The position numbers and the translations under genes were made by a program. DNA of 64,000 bases from Octopus sinensis (lineage: Eukaryota), in the NCBI RefSeq assembly GCF_006345805.1, contig NC_042998.1, positions 10,044,001-10,108,000 on the forward strand. Reading direction: 5' to 3'. The notes beneath the pieces are model-generated. The model made no database searches and was not told the DNA's origin. It saw only the letters and a program-made list of their open reading frames with translations. Below, piece by piece: positions 25,834 through 37,689 of this stretch (positions are counted from its first letter, which is position 1; each line of letters starts with the position of its first letter).

Positions 25834-26223
25834 CTAGCAGTATCGCCCGGCGTTGATCGGGTTTGTTTCGACCCTTTAGAAGTGGAATTTTTGAAAAGTA
25901 AAAATTTTGCATTATGTAGCTTGTTATTCTCTTTAAGTGAACATTTTTCTGGTTGAAATACACCGAAAAAAATGGCGACACAGCAGTAAAAAAATCGTAA
26001 AAAATAGGGATTTTCATAGAAAAAGCACCTTTTTGATGTAAATAATTTTTGGTTTTAACATGGTCCGATTTGAATTTTATCTTCTACGGAATGAAGAGCA
26101 AGCCTTCTTCTACCATAATTTCAATTTTGGTCAAGTTGCGCCGCAGGGTCTCGTAGGAGATAGTGTTAGTTGAAGGCTACCAAACCTGCCATACACAGAT
26201 AACTTCAGCTTTATATAGAGAGA
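25834..26223 (-). mobile_element. Non-autonomous Helitron
   Basis: On the minus strand: starts A|TCTCTCTATATAAAGCTG, ends with a CCCGATCAACGCCGGGC hairpin then ATACTGCTAG|T. The 3' end matches the copies at 29.9 and 62.8 kb. Confidence 0.78.
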
Positions 26224-26225
26224 TA

Positions 26226-26441
26226 TACCGGAGTAAACACATAAATGTGAAACAAGGTGGAAAAAAGAGTACTCAAATACCAGTGGCTTTATTTAAAGCA
26301 GCAGAAAATTCAACAAAACCTGTTAACTGAGTTTCCCGTTGCCGTTCGTCGGACAGTTTTTTCTAGCAAAAACTGTCCGACGAACGGCAACGGAAACTCA
26401 AGTAACAGGTTTTGTTGAATTTTCTGCTGCTTTAAATAAAG
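26226..26441. mobile_element. Fold-back element with paired degenerate hammerheads (sister of 43598-43826)
   Basis: Unique flank CCGGAGTAAACAC...CAGTGG, then a palindrome at 26287-26441. Hammerhead-like motifs at 26320-26356(-) and 26373-26408(+) have core CCGACGA (U4 to C). Confidence 0.8.
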
Positions 26442-26504
26442 TATATATAGATATATATATAGATGTGTATGTGGGTGCGCGTGTGAGAGAACGAGAGAGT
26501 GAGT

Positions 26505-26537
<33 letters not shown>

Positions 26538-26832
26538 TGTGTATGTATATTGCTTCTTTGACGTTTTGACCTGCATTGACAGCCAATTCACTTTTTCCTC
26601 TCCAAATATTTCAACCCAACAATACATAAGCAAATAAATAAACAAATAAGCAAATACACAAATAAATAAATAAATAAATGAATGAATACACACACACTGT
26701 ATATAAAAAGGCAAACATCAAACCATCAGCAGGATTTATTGGCCGTCTTGTGCTGGCAGTTGACAGCTTTATGAGGTGAACGAATGTGTAAACGAGCTTT
26801 GCGCTTTATTTCCTTGTCAGTAATCCTTGCAG

Positions 26833-27083
26833 GTTGGTAGAGAGACGACAGAGATGGAGGACGTCGAGCGACAAACGAAATGAAATAGGAAAAATAGGAA
26901 GAGAGGAAATTCTAGTTTTTGTTGTTGTTAGTACTGACGGAAATGGGTTAGGAATGAATAAACGTTAATTGAAGTCAATGACAAGAAGAAGAAGAAGAAG
27001 AAGAAGAAGAAGCAGAAGAGATAGCCAGCTTTGTACCATTAATGGTCCAACGTTTCTAGAAGACGTTTCTAATTACTTGTAAG
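26833..27083 (+). other. Candidate non-coding/5'UTR exon
   Basis: Pyrimidine-rich acceptor TTTATTTCCTTGTCAGTAATCCTTGCAG| and consensus donor AAG|GTAAGT at 27084. All three frames contain stops. Confidence 0.25.
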
Positions 27084-27146
27084 GTAAGTTCTTCTGTTTT
27101 TGCGATTTCCAGTGGGATCTTGTAACGTTATATTATACATACACAC

Positions 27147-27178
<32 letters not shown>

Positions 27179-27242
27179 CATATAATATATATTTATACAT
27201 ATAATATATATATATATAATATATATAATAAATATATATAAA

Positions 27243-27314
<72 letters not shown>

Positions 27315-27356
27315 TATATATATATATATAATATATATATATATATTATATATATA

Positions 27357-27406
<50 letters not shown>

Positions 27407-28013
27407 TATGTATGTATGTATGTATTATGTATGTATATATATATACATACACACACATACACGTATATACAGGAAGCGAGAGAGAGAGGGGGGAGAGAGG
27501 AAGAGTCGGAACAGAATGCCTTCAAGTATCTGTTTAGTCAGGATCGAATTTGCTGTTAAACTGATATGGATCGATAAATAGAATAGCAGAGAACAGCTGA
27601 TGCCGCACTCTTTCGCCTTCAGAAATCACTTTAAGTTTCTTTAACAAAGATAAGGACGTCCTAATCCGAGCGAGGGTTTGCGATCGCTCGCGACCTCATG
27701 GGCATATAAACAATTCAACGAAAACATATTTCATACTACCTACTATCGCTCTTCCTCACTCGCTCTCTTTCTGTGTGTGTGTCTGTCTCTCTCTCTCTCT
27801 CACACACAATCGCCAAGGCTAACTAGATATGTTTCATATTTAAATCGACCTTTTCCGCCAATCGTTTCCGTGTTCTACACCAATGTTCACTACATACATA
27901 CATACATACACATACATACATACATACATACATACATACACGGAGACATACATACATACACACACGCATACATCATACATACATAGATACATACATACAT
28001 ACATACATACATG

Positions 28014-28045
<32 letters not shown>

Positions 28046-28142
28046 CATACATACATACATACATACATACATACATACATACATACATACACACACATAC
28101 ATACATACATACATACATACGTACATACATACATACACACAT

Positions 28143-28298
28143 GAGACCCGGAGATATGTAACAGACTGCCTAAATACCAATCTTGAGAAATTAGGCTTCT
28201 CAAAGCCCTAGAGGAGAAAGTTAATTCGAAGACTACAGGTCCAATCCATCACTGGAACTGTAAAAATCTGTAAACTTTTCCAGAAATTTATCATTTAA
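28143..28298 (+). mobile_element. Probable R4/Dong-clade (restriction-like endonuclease) LINE ORF C-terminus embedded in ACAT arrays
   Basis: RYVTDCLNTNLEKLGFSKP*RRKLIRRLQVQSITGTVKICKLFQKFII* resembles the RLE C-terminal pattern L..LG.....I..LQ..A.LGT.KI.R..L. It is flanked on both sides by (ACAT)n. Confidence 0.5.
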
Positions 28299-29414
28299 AT
28301 ATATATGACCATGTCTAGATATGCAACTATATGCATGCGAATACATACATAAAGTACATATACATACATACATACATACATACATACATACATACATACA
28401 TACATACATACATACATACGTACGTACGTACGTACGTACGTACATACATACATACATACATACGTACGTACGTACGTACGTACGTACATACATACATACA
28501 TACATACATACATACATACATACATACATACATACAAATAAAAATACATACATACATATATACATACATACACACATACATACATACATACATACATACA
28601 TACAAACATACAAACACATGCATATATACATACATACATACATACATACATACGTACATACATACATACATACATACATACATACATACATACATACATA
28701 CATACATACGTACGTACGTACGTACGTACATACATACATACATACATACATACATACGTACGTACATACATACATACATACATACAAATAAAAATACATA
28801 TATACATATATACATACATACATACATACACACATACATATATACATACATACATGCATGCATGCATGCATACATACATACATACATACATACATACATA
28901 CATACATACATACATACATACATGCATGCATGCATGCATGCATACATACATACATAGACACATACATACATACAAAAATACCCTGTTGCTGATGTTGAAA
29001 TTCCTGTGAAGGAGCCTTGAATCTAGGTTAGAAACCGATTCTTTCTCTATTGGCGGGAAATCTTGAAATAAAACTGAAGAATAATATACTTACATCCATA
29101 TACATATACGTACATGCATACATACATCATACATACGTACTCACACACACATACATACATACATACATACATACATACATACATACATACATACATACAT
29201 ACATGCATAGACACATACAAACATACATACATACACATACATACATACATACATACATACATACATACACACACATACATACGTACATCATACATACATA
29301 CATACATACATACACACATACATACATGAAACCGGCTCTTTCTCTATTGGCTAGAAATCTTGAAAAAAGAATGAACAAAAAGGAACAATTGACACATGCA
29401 TACATATATATATA

Positions 29415-29927
29415 TCTATATATATAAAACTGTAGTTGTGTGAGTGTCTGTCCCCTTCGATTTAGATTCCTAACTACTCCCACATTTTGCGGTGCAGTTT
29501 AACCAAATTCGGGTATCTTATAGTCGTGATTCATATCGAGCCCGTCTGGCTATTAGCGCGCGTCTACGATGAGTCTACGATTTAAAAAATAATTTAACAT
29601 TATTTTTTATTCCATTTTAATGCATAATTTTTCGTGTGTCGATGGCGGCGGAGTTGGCGTCCACGGTCACACCTGCACCTGTTTGCTTCTCCCCCTTCTT
29701 CCCTCCCTCGTGAAGCTGTGGGGAAGGGAGTGTAAGGAAATCAACGTCGTAAAACATTGTCAAGGAGACCAGCGTTCTTTTAGAACAACGACTTCATGGC
29801 TTGAAGACACCAAAACAGAAATGGCTAAGAAAGCCCGAATTGGCATCTATAAGGGAAGTAACTCTCTAAAAATGCTTATATAGTTATTTCCCTTACAAAC
29901 CCGAGCAACGCCGGGCGATACTGCTAG
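29415..29927 (+). mobile_element. Non-autonomous Helitron, 513 bp
   Basis: 5' A|TCTATATATATAAAAC; 3' hairpin CCCGAGCAACGCCGGG, then ATACTGCTAG|T. Confidence 0.85.
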
Positions 29928-29934
29928 TGTAACA

Positions 29935-30410
29935 TAATGCAATAAAATGCTCCCCGATGATCCGTTGTAGTTAAGCATCTAATTGAACTTGGAACATCCA
30001 ATGCAGAGTCCCAAACAGCCACAACGGTGAAACGTACGCAGGAACAAATACTATAAACTGAAGAGATGCCGGCGTGGGTTTCCGCCCCGACATCCGAAAC
30101 TCGGAGTTTTATCATTGCTAGCGAATAATTATACACATATTCGCCCTTCACGTTCTTCCAAAGTCTTTGGTTTGGTACAGTAGACTTGTTCTTTTAACCG
30201 ACTCCCAAAGAAAGAAGTCACAGGGTGTTAAGTCGGGACTCCTAGCTGGCCACTCATGCGGACCACGACGACCCATCCGTTTCCTGGGGAAGTGGGCATT
30301 CATCCATTTACGAATGACAAGAACAATACGATTACAGATTAAATTCTCATACTGCAAAAAATTTGAGAAAAATATTACAATTACATTTTACAATTATTTT
30401 AAAATAGGGA
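29935..30410 (-). mobile_element. Tc1/mariner-superfamily transposase 3' fragment
   Basis: VIRKWMNAHFPRKRMGRRGPHEWPARSPDLTPCDFFLWESVK is the WP.RSPDL.P.DFFLW catalytic-end motif. Confidence 0.8.
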
Positions 30411-30433
30411 GTTACGTTTCAATCATCCTGTAC

Positions 30434-30466
<33 letters not shown>

Positions 30467-30477
30467 TGTGTGTGTGC

Positions 30478-30515
<38 letters not shown>

Positions 30516-30786
30516 GTGTGTGTGTGTGTGTGTATTACTGGTGTGTTAAAAGTATTTTGTTTCAATGTTCTTAAATACAATAGAGTATATTTATGGTTCT
30601 TAGCCAATACTATGGGTAATAGGCGCAGAAGTGGCTGTGTGGTAAGTAGCTTGCTAACCAACCACATGGTTCCGGGTTCAGTCCCACTGCGTGGCATCTT
30701 GGGCAAGTGTCTTCTGCTATAGCCTCGGGCCGACCAAAGCCTTGTGAGTGGATTTGGTAGACGGAAACTGAATGAAGCCTGTCGTA

Positions 30787-30841
<55 letters not shown>

Positions 30842-32316
30842 ATATGTGTGTGTGTGTGTGTGTGTGTGTTTGGTGTGTATATGTTTGTGTGTCTGTGTTT
30901 GTCCTCCTAGCATTGCTTGACAACCGATGCTGGTGTGTTTACGTCCCCGTAACTTAGCGGTTCGGCAAAAAGAGACAATAGAATAAGTACTGGGCTTACA
31001 AAAGAATAAGCCCCGGGGTCGATTCGCTCGACTAAAGGCGGTGCTCCAGCATGGCCGCAGTCAAATGACTAAAACAAGTAAAAGAGTAAAAGAGTAAAGA
31101 GTAATAAATATATCAAATAGTTTGTCTTTATACATTGTCTTGGTGGTTTTGCTTAAGATTCCATGAGCAATTGGTTATTCTTTAAATTATCAAACAGACA
31201 TTGCTTATAAACATACAATTGTTCAAGGATTTATTAAGCAGAATAAATTTCAATATTCAAATTTATTCTTGGCAATTGAAATATCAAGAATGTATTGATA
31301 TGCAAATCAGTCACTAGACTATATTAAGCCGTTAGCAATAGATATAATTCTGCTTTGGAAAGGATCAAACTGCACGACTGACACTTCTTGATTAAGGGTC
31401 GCGCATCGGAATTTCAACAGCTACTTAACCCATTAACTGCCAAATTTTTATTCATATTTTTGGTTTTTGCCTGGTGTCTTAGGAATTAAAATAATATATA
31501 GTATTTAAATTTTCTTCACATGTTAATTATTTGAAAATTATGATAAATTTTTCGAAATGGAGATCGCTGACAAAATGTATATTTATCCTTTACTATTCAA
31601 TTGCAATAATAGACATTTTATTTTTTTTTATTTTTGAAACTATAGTATCAAATGCGAATGTGTTTGAAATATCAATGAACGATACAGATGGGAAATGCAA
31701 AAAAAAAAGTGTTTTCAAAACAGTCAATATTTTTGTAGCTCAGAAATTGCGATTTACGTCATAAAATGTCCTCTAGAATTAGCCAGAGCTAATAATGACA
31801 AACTTTAACTATTAAATATTGTAAAAAACACCTCTGCAAATGCAGTGTACATAAGCAATACACTTTAAATACAACAAACAACCAGCAGTCAGACTGTTTT
31901 TAGCAGATCCCCAAATGAGGCAATGGAGTAGGCAATGGTAGGCAATGGAGTAATGCTTTTTAACTCTCACTCTCTCTTTCTATCCCTCTCGCTAAATCTA
32001 TCTGTCTGTCTGTCTGTTGGTGCCCTGGGGGTTAGGGTGTTTAAGATCGCAAAAATTTTGATTTTGATTCCTAGACCGTTGTGTTTTTGGACAACACACT
32101 TCATTTCACGTTGCTCCCGTCTACTCATCTGTGAAGTGGGTAACCCAGCAACAAACTGGTGTCCTGTTCAGAGGGAATGTTTACTTGCTCGGCTAGCCAG
32201 CAGGGTGACATCATTCGAAAACTACGACAACGCGAGTAAACGCATAGTGATCAGAGGGGTATAACCACATCTACTCGCCTGGTCAATACACTCATACTGT
32301 GATATACATACATGTA

Positions 32317-32377
<61 letters not shown>

Positions 32378-32679
32378 GGCGTAATGGCTCAGTGATTAGG
32401 GCAGCGGACTCGCAGACGTAGGATCGCGGTTTCGATTCCTAGGCCGGGAGTTGTGAGTGTTTATTGAGCGAAAACACCTAAAGCTCCACGAAGCTCCGGC
32501 AGGGTGGGTGGCGATCCCTGCTGTACTCTTTCGCCACAACTTTCTCTCACCCTTTCTTCTGTTGGCCTGCTTGCTTAGCCAGCGGGGTGGCGTCATTTGA
32601 AGGCTAAAACAATGCGAAGCGCATTGTGACCAGCGATGTGTAGCAACGTCTGATAGCCTGGTCGGTCACGGTGATCACG

Positions 32680-32726
<47 letters not shown>

Positions 32727-33029
32727 TTACATGCATATGTACACATACACGCACACATACATACACACAAACATTACCAATAGCACATAATATATGTGTA
32801 TCCTTAAATGCTTGTAGCCGTGGTATTACGTATGGGAGAAATTCCTTTAAAGACTTATGTGTTATAAAACACAGTATACATTAAAAGAGGCGACGTGAAA
32901 TCCCCGCGGATGTGAACGGGACCGAGAGATATCGATATTTCGCAGTTTTTCTGCTCGTTAGTGGCGTATACTCGCGCAGCTTCAGAAACGAAATCCCGAC
33001 ACCAGCTAGAAGTGTTAAATCGTCTGGTA

Positions 33030-33990
33030 TACACTTGGTTGTTGGCTCGTAAAGCATGTTCACTGGCTTAGTGTTTGTCGGGCATGTAATTAATGAGAGA
33101 GACGAAAGATGGAAGATAGGAGAATCTTTATTGGTCACTACTTTACACAGTGGCCATCCGGACTCCTGCCTTCGCCTTGACAGAAATTAATCTTCTTTCT
33201 TCGCTCTTTTGCGCCACATGGGCTCAACTCCTCTTCTCTCTTCATCTGACTCCCCTCCTCTCTCCTCTCTTCATCTCACACCTACTTCCCCTTTTCACTC
33301 CTACAAACCTTCTCATTCACCATTCCCTCATCCACACCCACTCCTACACCCACACCCCTACCTCCACATTCTCACCCAAACCACACGCCTCACCCTCACA
33401 TCTCCACACCCACCCTCGCATTCCCACACCCCAACACCACCATACCACACCACACCACACACCACCACACCACATCATGCCACACTACATCACCACCTCA
33501 CATCCCACCACCTCACATACACTAATGCTGGCCACTTCCCAGCACATATACCGCACCAAACACTACCATATCATGCCACACCACATCACTCTACATCACA
33601 CCACTCCGCAAACACTGGCACTGACCACTTCCAGGCACCTACCCCATCATCCATACATCCACACAGTATAGACGCACACACTTACACACGCACACATCCA
33701 CACGTCAAGTTCACCAGCCCCTATCCACACGCACACACTTACACATTCTCACATACACACGCACTCGCACCTTCGTTTTGGGATCACCAATACTTTCTTA
33801 TCTCCCCTTCTTCCTAGCTCTCCTGTCTAACTACCTCTGTCCAGTAAGCCGCCATGATTGACCGCTAGCCCCTAAAGGTCTTTTTTTATTCTGTCTGTTT
33901 ATTTCATTGTGTTCCTTTCTGTTGAAGAGCGTAGTCTCGAAATGTAAAAGACTTTCTCACCTTCCCGTCTTTCTCACCTGTCTTCGTCTT
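33030..33990 (+). mobile_element. Penelope-like element 3' end (GIY-YIG C-terminus, CAC-rich UTR, pLTR)
   Basis: 33170-33230 reads RL(E)QKLIFFLRSFAPHGLNS with a 1-nt deletion, the typical LIF.L....P.GLN end of PLE GIY-YIG domains. It is followed by a low-complexity UTR and a hammerhead-like motif at 33915-33950. Confidence 0.7.
33915..33950 (+). ncRNA. Degenerate minimal type I hammerhead in Penelope pLTR
   Basis: CTTT CTGTTGA A GAGC-GTAG-TCTC GAAA TGT A AAAG: 4-bp stem I (CTTT/AAAG), A6-to-U core change, decayed ACGT stem III. Confidence 0.55.
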
Positions 33991-34011
33991 TTGTTTTTCT
34001 GAATTTCCAAT

Positions 34012-34126
<115 letters not shown>

Positions 34127-35011
34127 GAAAAAAATTCTTTAAACAACACACATCTATTTTCGCCACCCTGGAACCATTCAAAAACAGCCCCCACACACAC
34201 GCAGACGCTTGTATACGTGTGTGTGCACGCACACAGGGGCACGCACACTCACACCAGCCTCACCTCCATACAGGCACATATATACACACGCAGCACCATG
34301 TCAAATGCCATCCACACTCATGCATGCGTACACATGCACGCACACACGCACACACGCACGCGCACACACACGCACACACAACACCATGACAACCACACAC
34401 ACTTGACAAACAGGCGCCATCTGACCAAATACTACAGGCACACAGACACATCTATTCACACACACGCAGAGAGACACACATACTCACCTCATCCTAACCC
34501 CAAAATCATTGATGCTTGAATGAAAGCCATAAACAGAAAAAAACGGGTACATCTTTCTCAATTCAACATTTCTGCTAAAACGGACAGGTCAGTAAACAAA
34601 CTCGCCTTGAATTCATAACATTCTGTACTGACCCTGAGATGTATAATATATTCATTTTGATCTTTTCTGCCCATTTTTTCAAATATTCTCATCATACTGT
34701 TGTACTTCCTTATGTCCTTAACATGTCCTTTTTACCAAAGACTGTATATATACATGTAATGTGGCAATTTGCAACAACCAATAATTAACGCAACCAAACT
34801 TCCAATAATATATTTGTTTTATTCTTTTCTGCCCATTTTTCCAAATATTCTCATCACACTGTTGAACTTCTTTATGTCCTTAACATGTCCCTGTTACCAA
34901 AGACTATATATATACATGTAATGTGGCAATTATGTAAAAAACTTTTATGAATTCATAATATTCAATGTGGCAATTATGTAAAAAATTTTTTTGAATTCAT
35001 AATATTCTATG

Positions 35012-35056
35012 TTACTTTTGACAATCTTTTTCCAAAGAGTGAAACCGGTTAAGTAA
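35012..35056 (+). ncRNA. Decayed type I hammerhead motif
   Basis: TTACTT TTGACAA TCTTT-TTCC-AAAGA GT GAAA CCGGT T AAGTAA: 6-bp stem I and palindromic ACCGGT stem III intact; the core has two substitutions relative to CTGACGA. Confidence 0.45.
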
Positions 35057-35199
35057 ATAAACATCTTTTAAATTGCATTTTCAAACCTTCTTTCGTATAT
35101 AATTCCACTCGTGCGATACCCCACAACTCAACTTTGTTATATATATATATATGTATATATAGTCAAAAATTGTGAAGCATGACTGTCACCACTACTACA

Positions 35200-35244
35200 T
35201 GAACCTGAAGATTGCAGAATTTAATGCATGAAAGTACTAGTTCA
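35200..35244 (+). ncRNA. Minimal type I hammerhead ribozyme (predicted cleavage after A35239, CUA)
   Basis: TGAAC CTGAAGA T TGCA-GAATTTAA-TGCA T GAAA GTACT A GTTCA: 5-bp stem I, intact core, 4-bp stem II with a U.U at 10.1/11.1, palindromic AGTACT stem III. AATAAA follows at about 35320. Confidence 0.75.
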
Positions 35245-35471
35245 ATCAGAATGAACATTTAACATTCTACTATTTTATTCTATTATATTATATTATCTTA
35301 TATCATTATAAGATTGTAAATAAAACGTGAAAATCAGACAAGGTTGGAATTCCTTTTATTAATATATATAAAATGTTTAGCGTTATTCTTTACGTTTTGA
35401 GTTCAAATTCTACCGAGGACGACTTTACTTTTCTAGGCGTAGGAGTGGCTGTGTGGTAAGTAGCTTGCTTA

Positions 35472-35743
35472 CAAACCACATGGTCCCGGGTTCAGACCCA
35501 CTACCTAGCACCTTGGGCAAGTGTCTTCTACTATAGCCAAAGCGTTGTGAGTGGATTTGAGAGACGGAAACTGAAAGAAGCCCATCGTATATATATACAT
35601 CGTATATATATATATACGATGGGCTTCTTTCAGTTTCCGTCTCCCAAATCCACTCACAACGCTTTGGTCGACCCGAAGCTATAGTAGAAGACACTTGCCC
35701 AAGGTGCTAGGTAGTGGGTCTGAACCCGGGACCATGTGGTTTG
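35472..35743. repeat. Fold-back (inverted) duplication of a SINE A 5' half around a TA tract
   Basis: Both arms share private variants (GGTCCCGGG, CCCACTACCTAGCACC, AGCGTTGTG) not seen in the other SINE A copies I read. Confidence 0.85.
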
Positions 35744-37689
35744 GTATCTTAAATCAAACAACATTAATCTAGCCAAAACCAAACGCATTTAAATAAGATT
35801 TCGTGCACGTTCTTGATAAGCTTCCTTCTATGATGATCTTATAAATCTGCCTGAAGGTTCGGCCACTGCTTCAATGCTGGACCGGAAACTTTGACAAGCC
35901 TGTACTAAACTGTCCTTATTGATTTCGGACTGGTTGCCAAAGTGGACGGTTCTGTTCCCTTGGGGGCGGTGGGTGGAAAGATCCAGTGGGGTGTTGAAGA
36001 AAAGTGGGGGTGATTATAGGGTTACCAAAAGGGGGGGGGTGATGAATGTAAAAAAAACTCCCCAAATAATGGACTAATTTGGATAAGTTTTATTTATGAA
36101 ATACAGTTGTTTTGAATTTGCGGCAGAAAGTGGTTTATATTTGTGGTGGTGGTGGTGGTGGTGGTGGTGGTGGTGGTGTGGTGTGTGTGTGTGTGTGTGT
36201 GTGTGTGGAGCACTGCGAAAACTGTGGCCTGGGGGCTGAAAAAGTTTAGGAACCACTGACCTAGACTGTAGCAGCCTTCAGTGAAACTATGCTATTGTGG
36301 GGATAGCATACATATACGATCACACACACACACACACCGACACACACACGCGCACAAATTGACCTGTTTCTAAATTGTTATGATATATCCCAGAACGTGC
36401 TATTTAAGATTTTCTCGTTAGCTATTGTAAAATCGGAGATGTACTTGCATAGCAAGTGATTTGATCCGAGATCGTGTGCTGAAACGAAAACAATTGCAGC
36501 GTGGAAGGTGTTTATAAGCCATTTAAGAAACACACAAAAGCCGTTCGATTCACTTCAACATTTAAGTTTAATTTGTCAAAATATATTCGCTTTAAGACCG
36601 CGACCTGTTCACTGACAAAAATCCGTGCTGCATTGTAAAATCACGAGTTAGTTCTCCTTCTTCCCGCCAATTCTATGCTCAGTAGGTTTGTATGGTGGTG
36701 GCGATGGTAGTGGTACTGTTGTTGTTGTTGGTGTTGGTGGTGTTGGTGGTGGTGTTGGTGGCGGGAGGATGGAGTAGCAAGTTTGAATAAATGCTTGTGT
36801 TTGTATGGAAAAAAATTACTTGGACATGAAAAGAAAAAAAAAATGTATTAATCATATGCACAGAACACTATCACAACAATTAACCTCCAGTTCCAGCCAC
36901 CAGCACCACCACCACTACTACCAACACAACTACCACTACCACTACCACTGGCACTACTGCCTCCCTATCACTGCCACCATCACCACCATATCAAATAATG
37001 TAGGATATGGGATAAAAATGTCACGCTGGAAATGTTGCCAAAAGTATCATATTTAATAATAGCATAATACCACGGAGTAGGCGTATATGACAATTTCTAG
37101 TGTATGTCAGAGGTCAAGAATTTTCTACAGTGGTAAGGTTGATATAAGTGGCTTCAGTGAATGACTGATATTCATGACTCGGGAGACGAGAAAATGCAAT
37201 CTGGAATTCCCTTTTAACTTCAATCGACCACCCTTTCATAATATATTCTGGTAACAAATATAGTTAACATAAAGCCATAAAAAAATAGTTTAAATAAATT
37301 GACCAAAAAAGAATGAAACTGCAATAGAAACCGGAAGTGATACGGTGACATCCTACAGTTTCATGTAAACAATGTATGTGACATAACCAGTGAATAGAAC
37401 GTACATATATCTTTATATAACAGGAACACCGTACATATATTTTATATAAGATGAAAACATTTACGGAAAAACATAATAGTCTTTGATGCAAGAAATGAAA
37501 TTCGTGAATAGATTCGCATTAACTCGAAGTTTGTTTACATGAAATTATAGGATATCGGCTTCTATCAGTTTTCATTACTTTCAGGACAATTTACTTTCAC
37601 TTTTTTAGGACACTAAGCAGCAAGTTAATGACAAATATTATGGAATATGTTATAATGAATACCTATTCTCTATGATCAGCAGCTCTATC

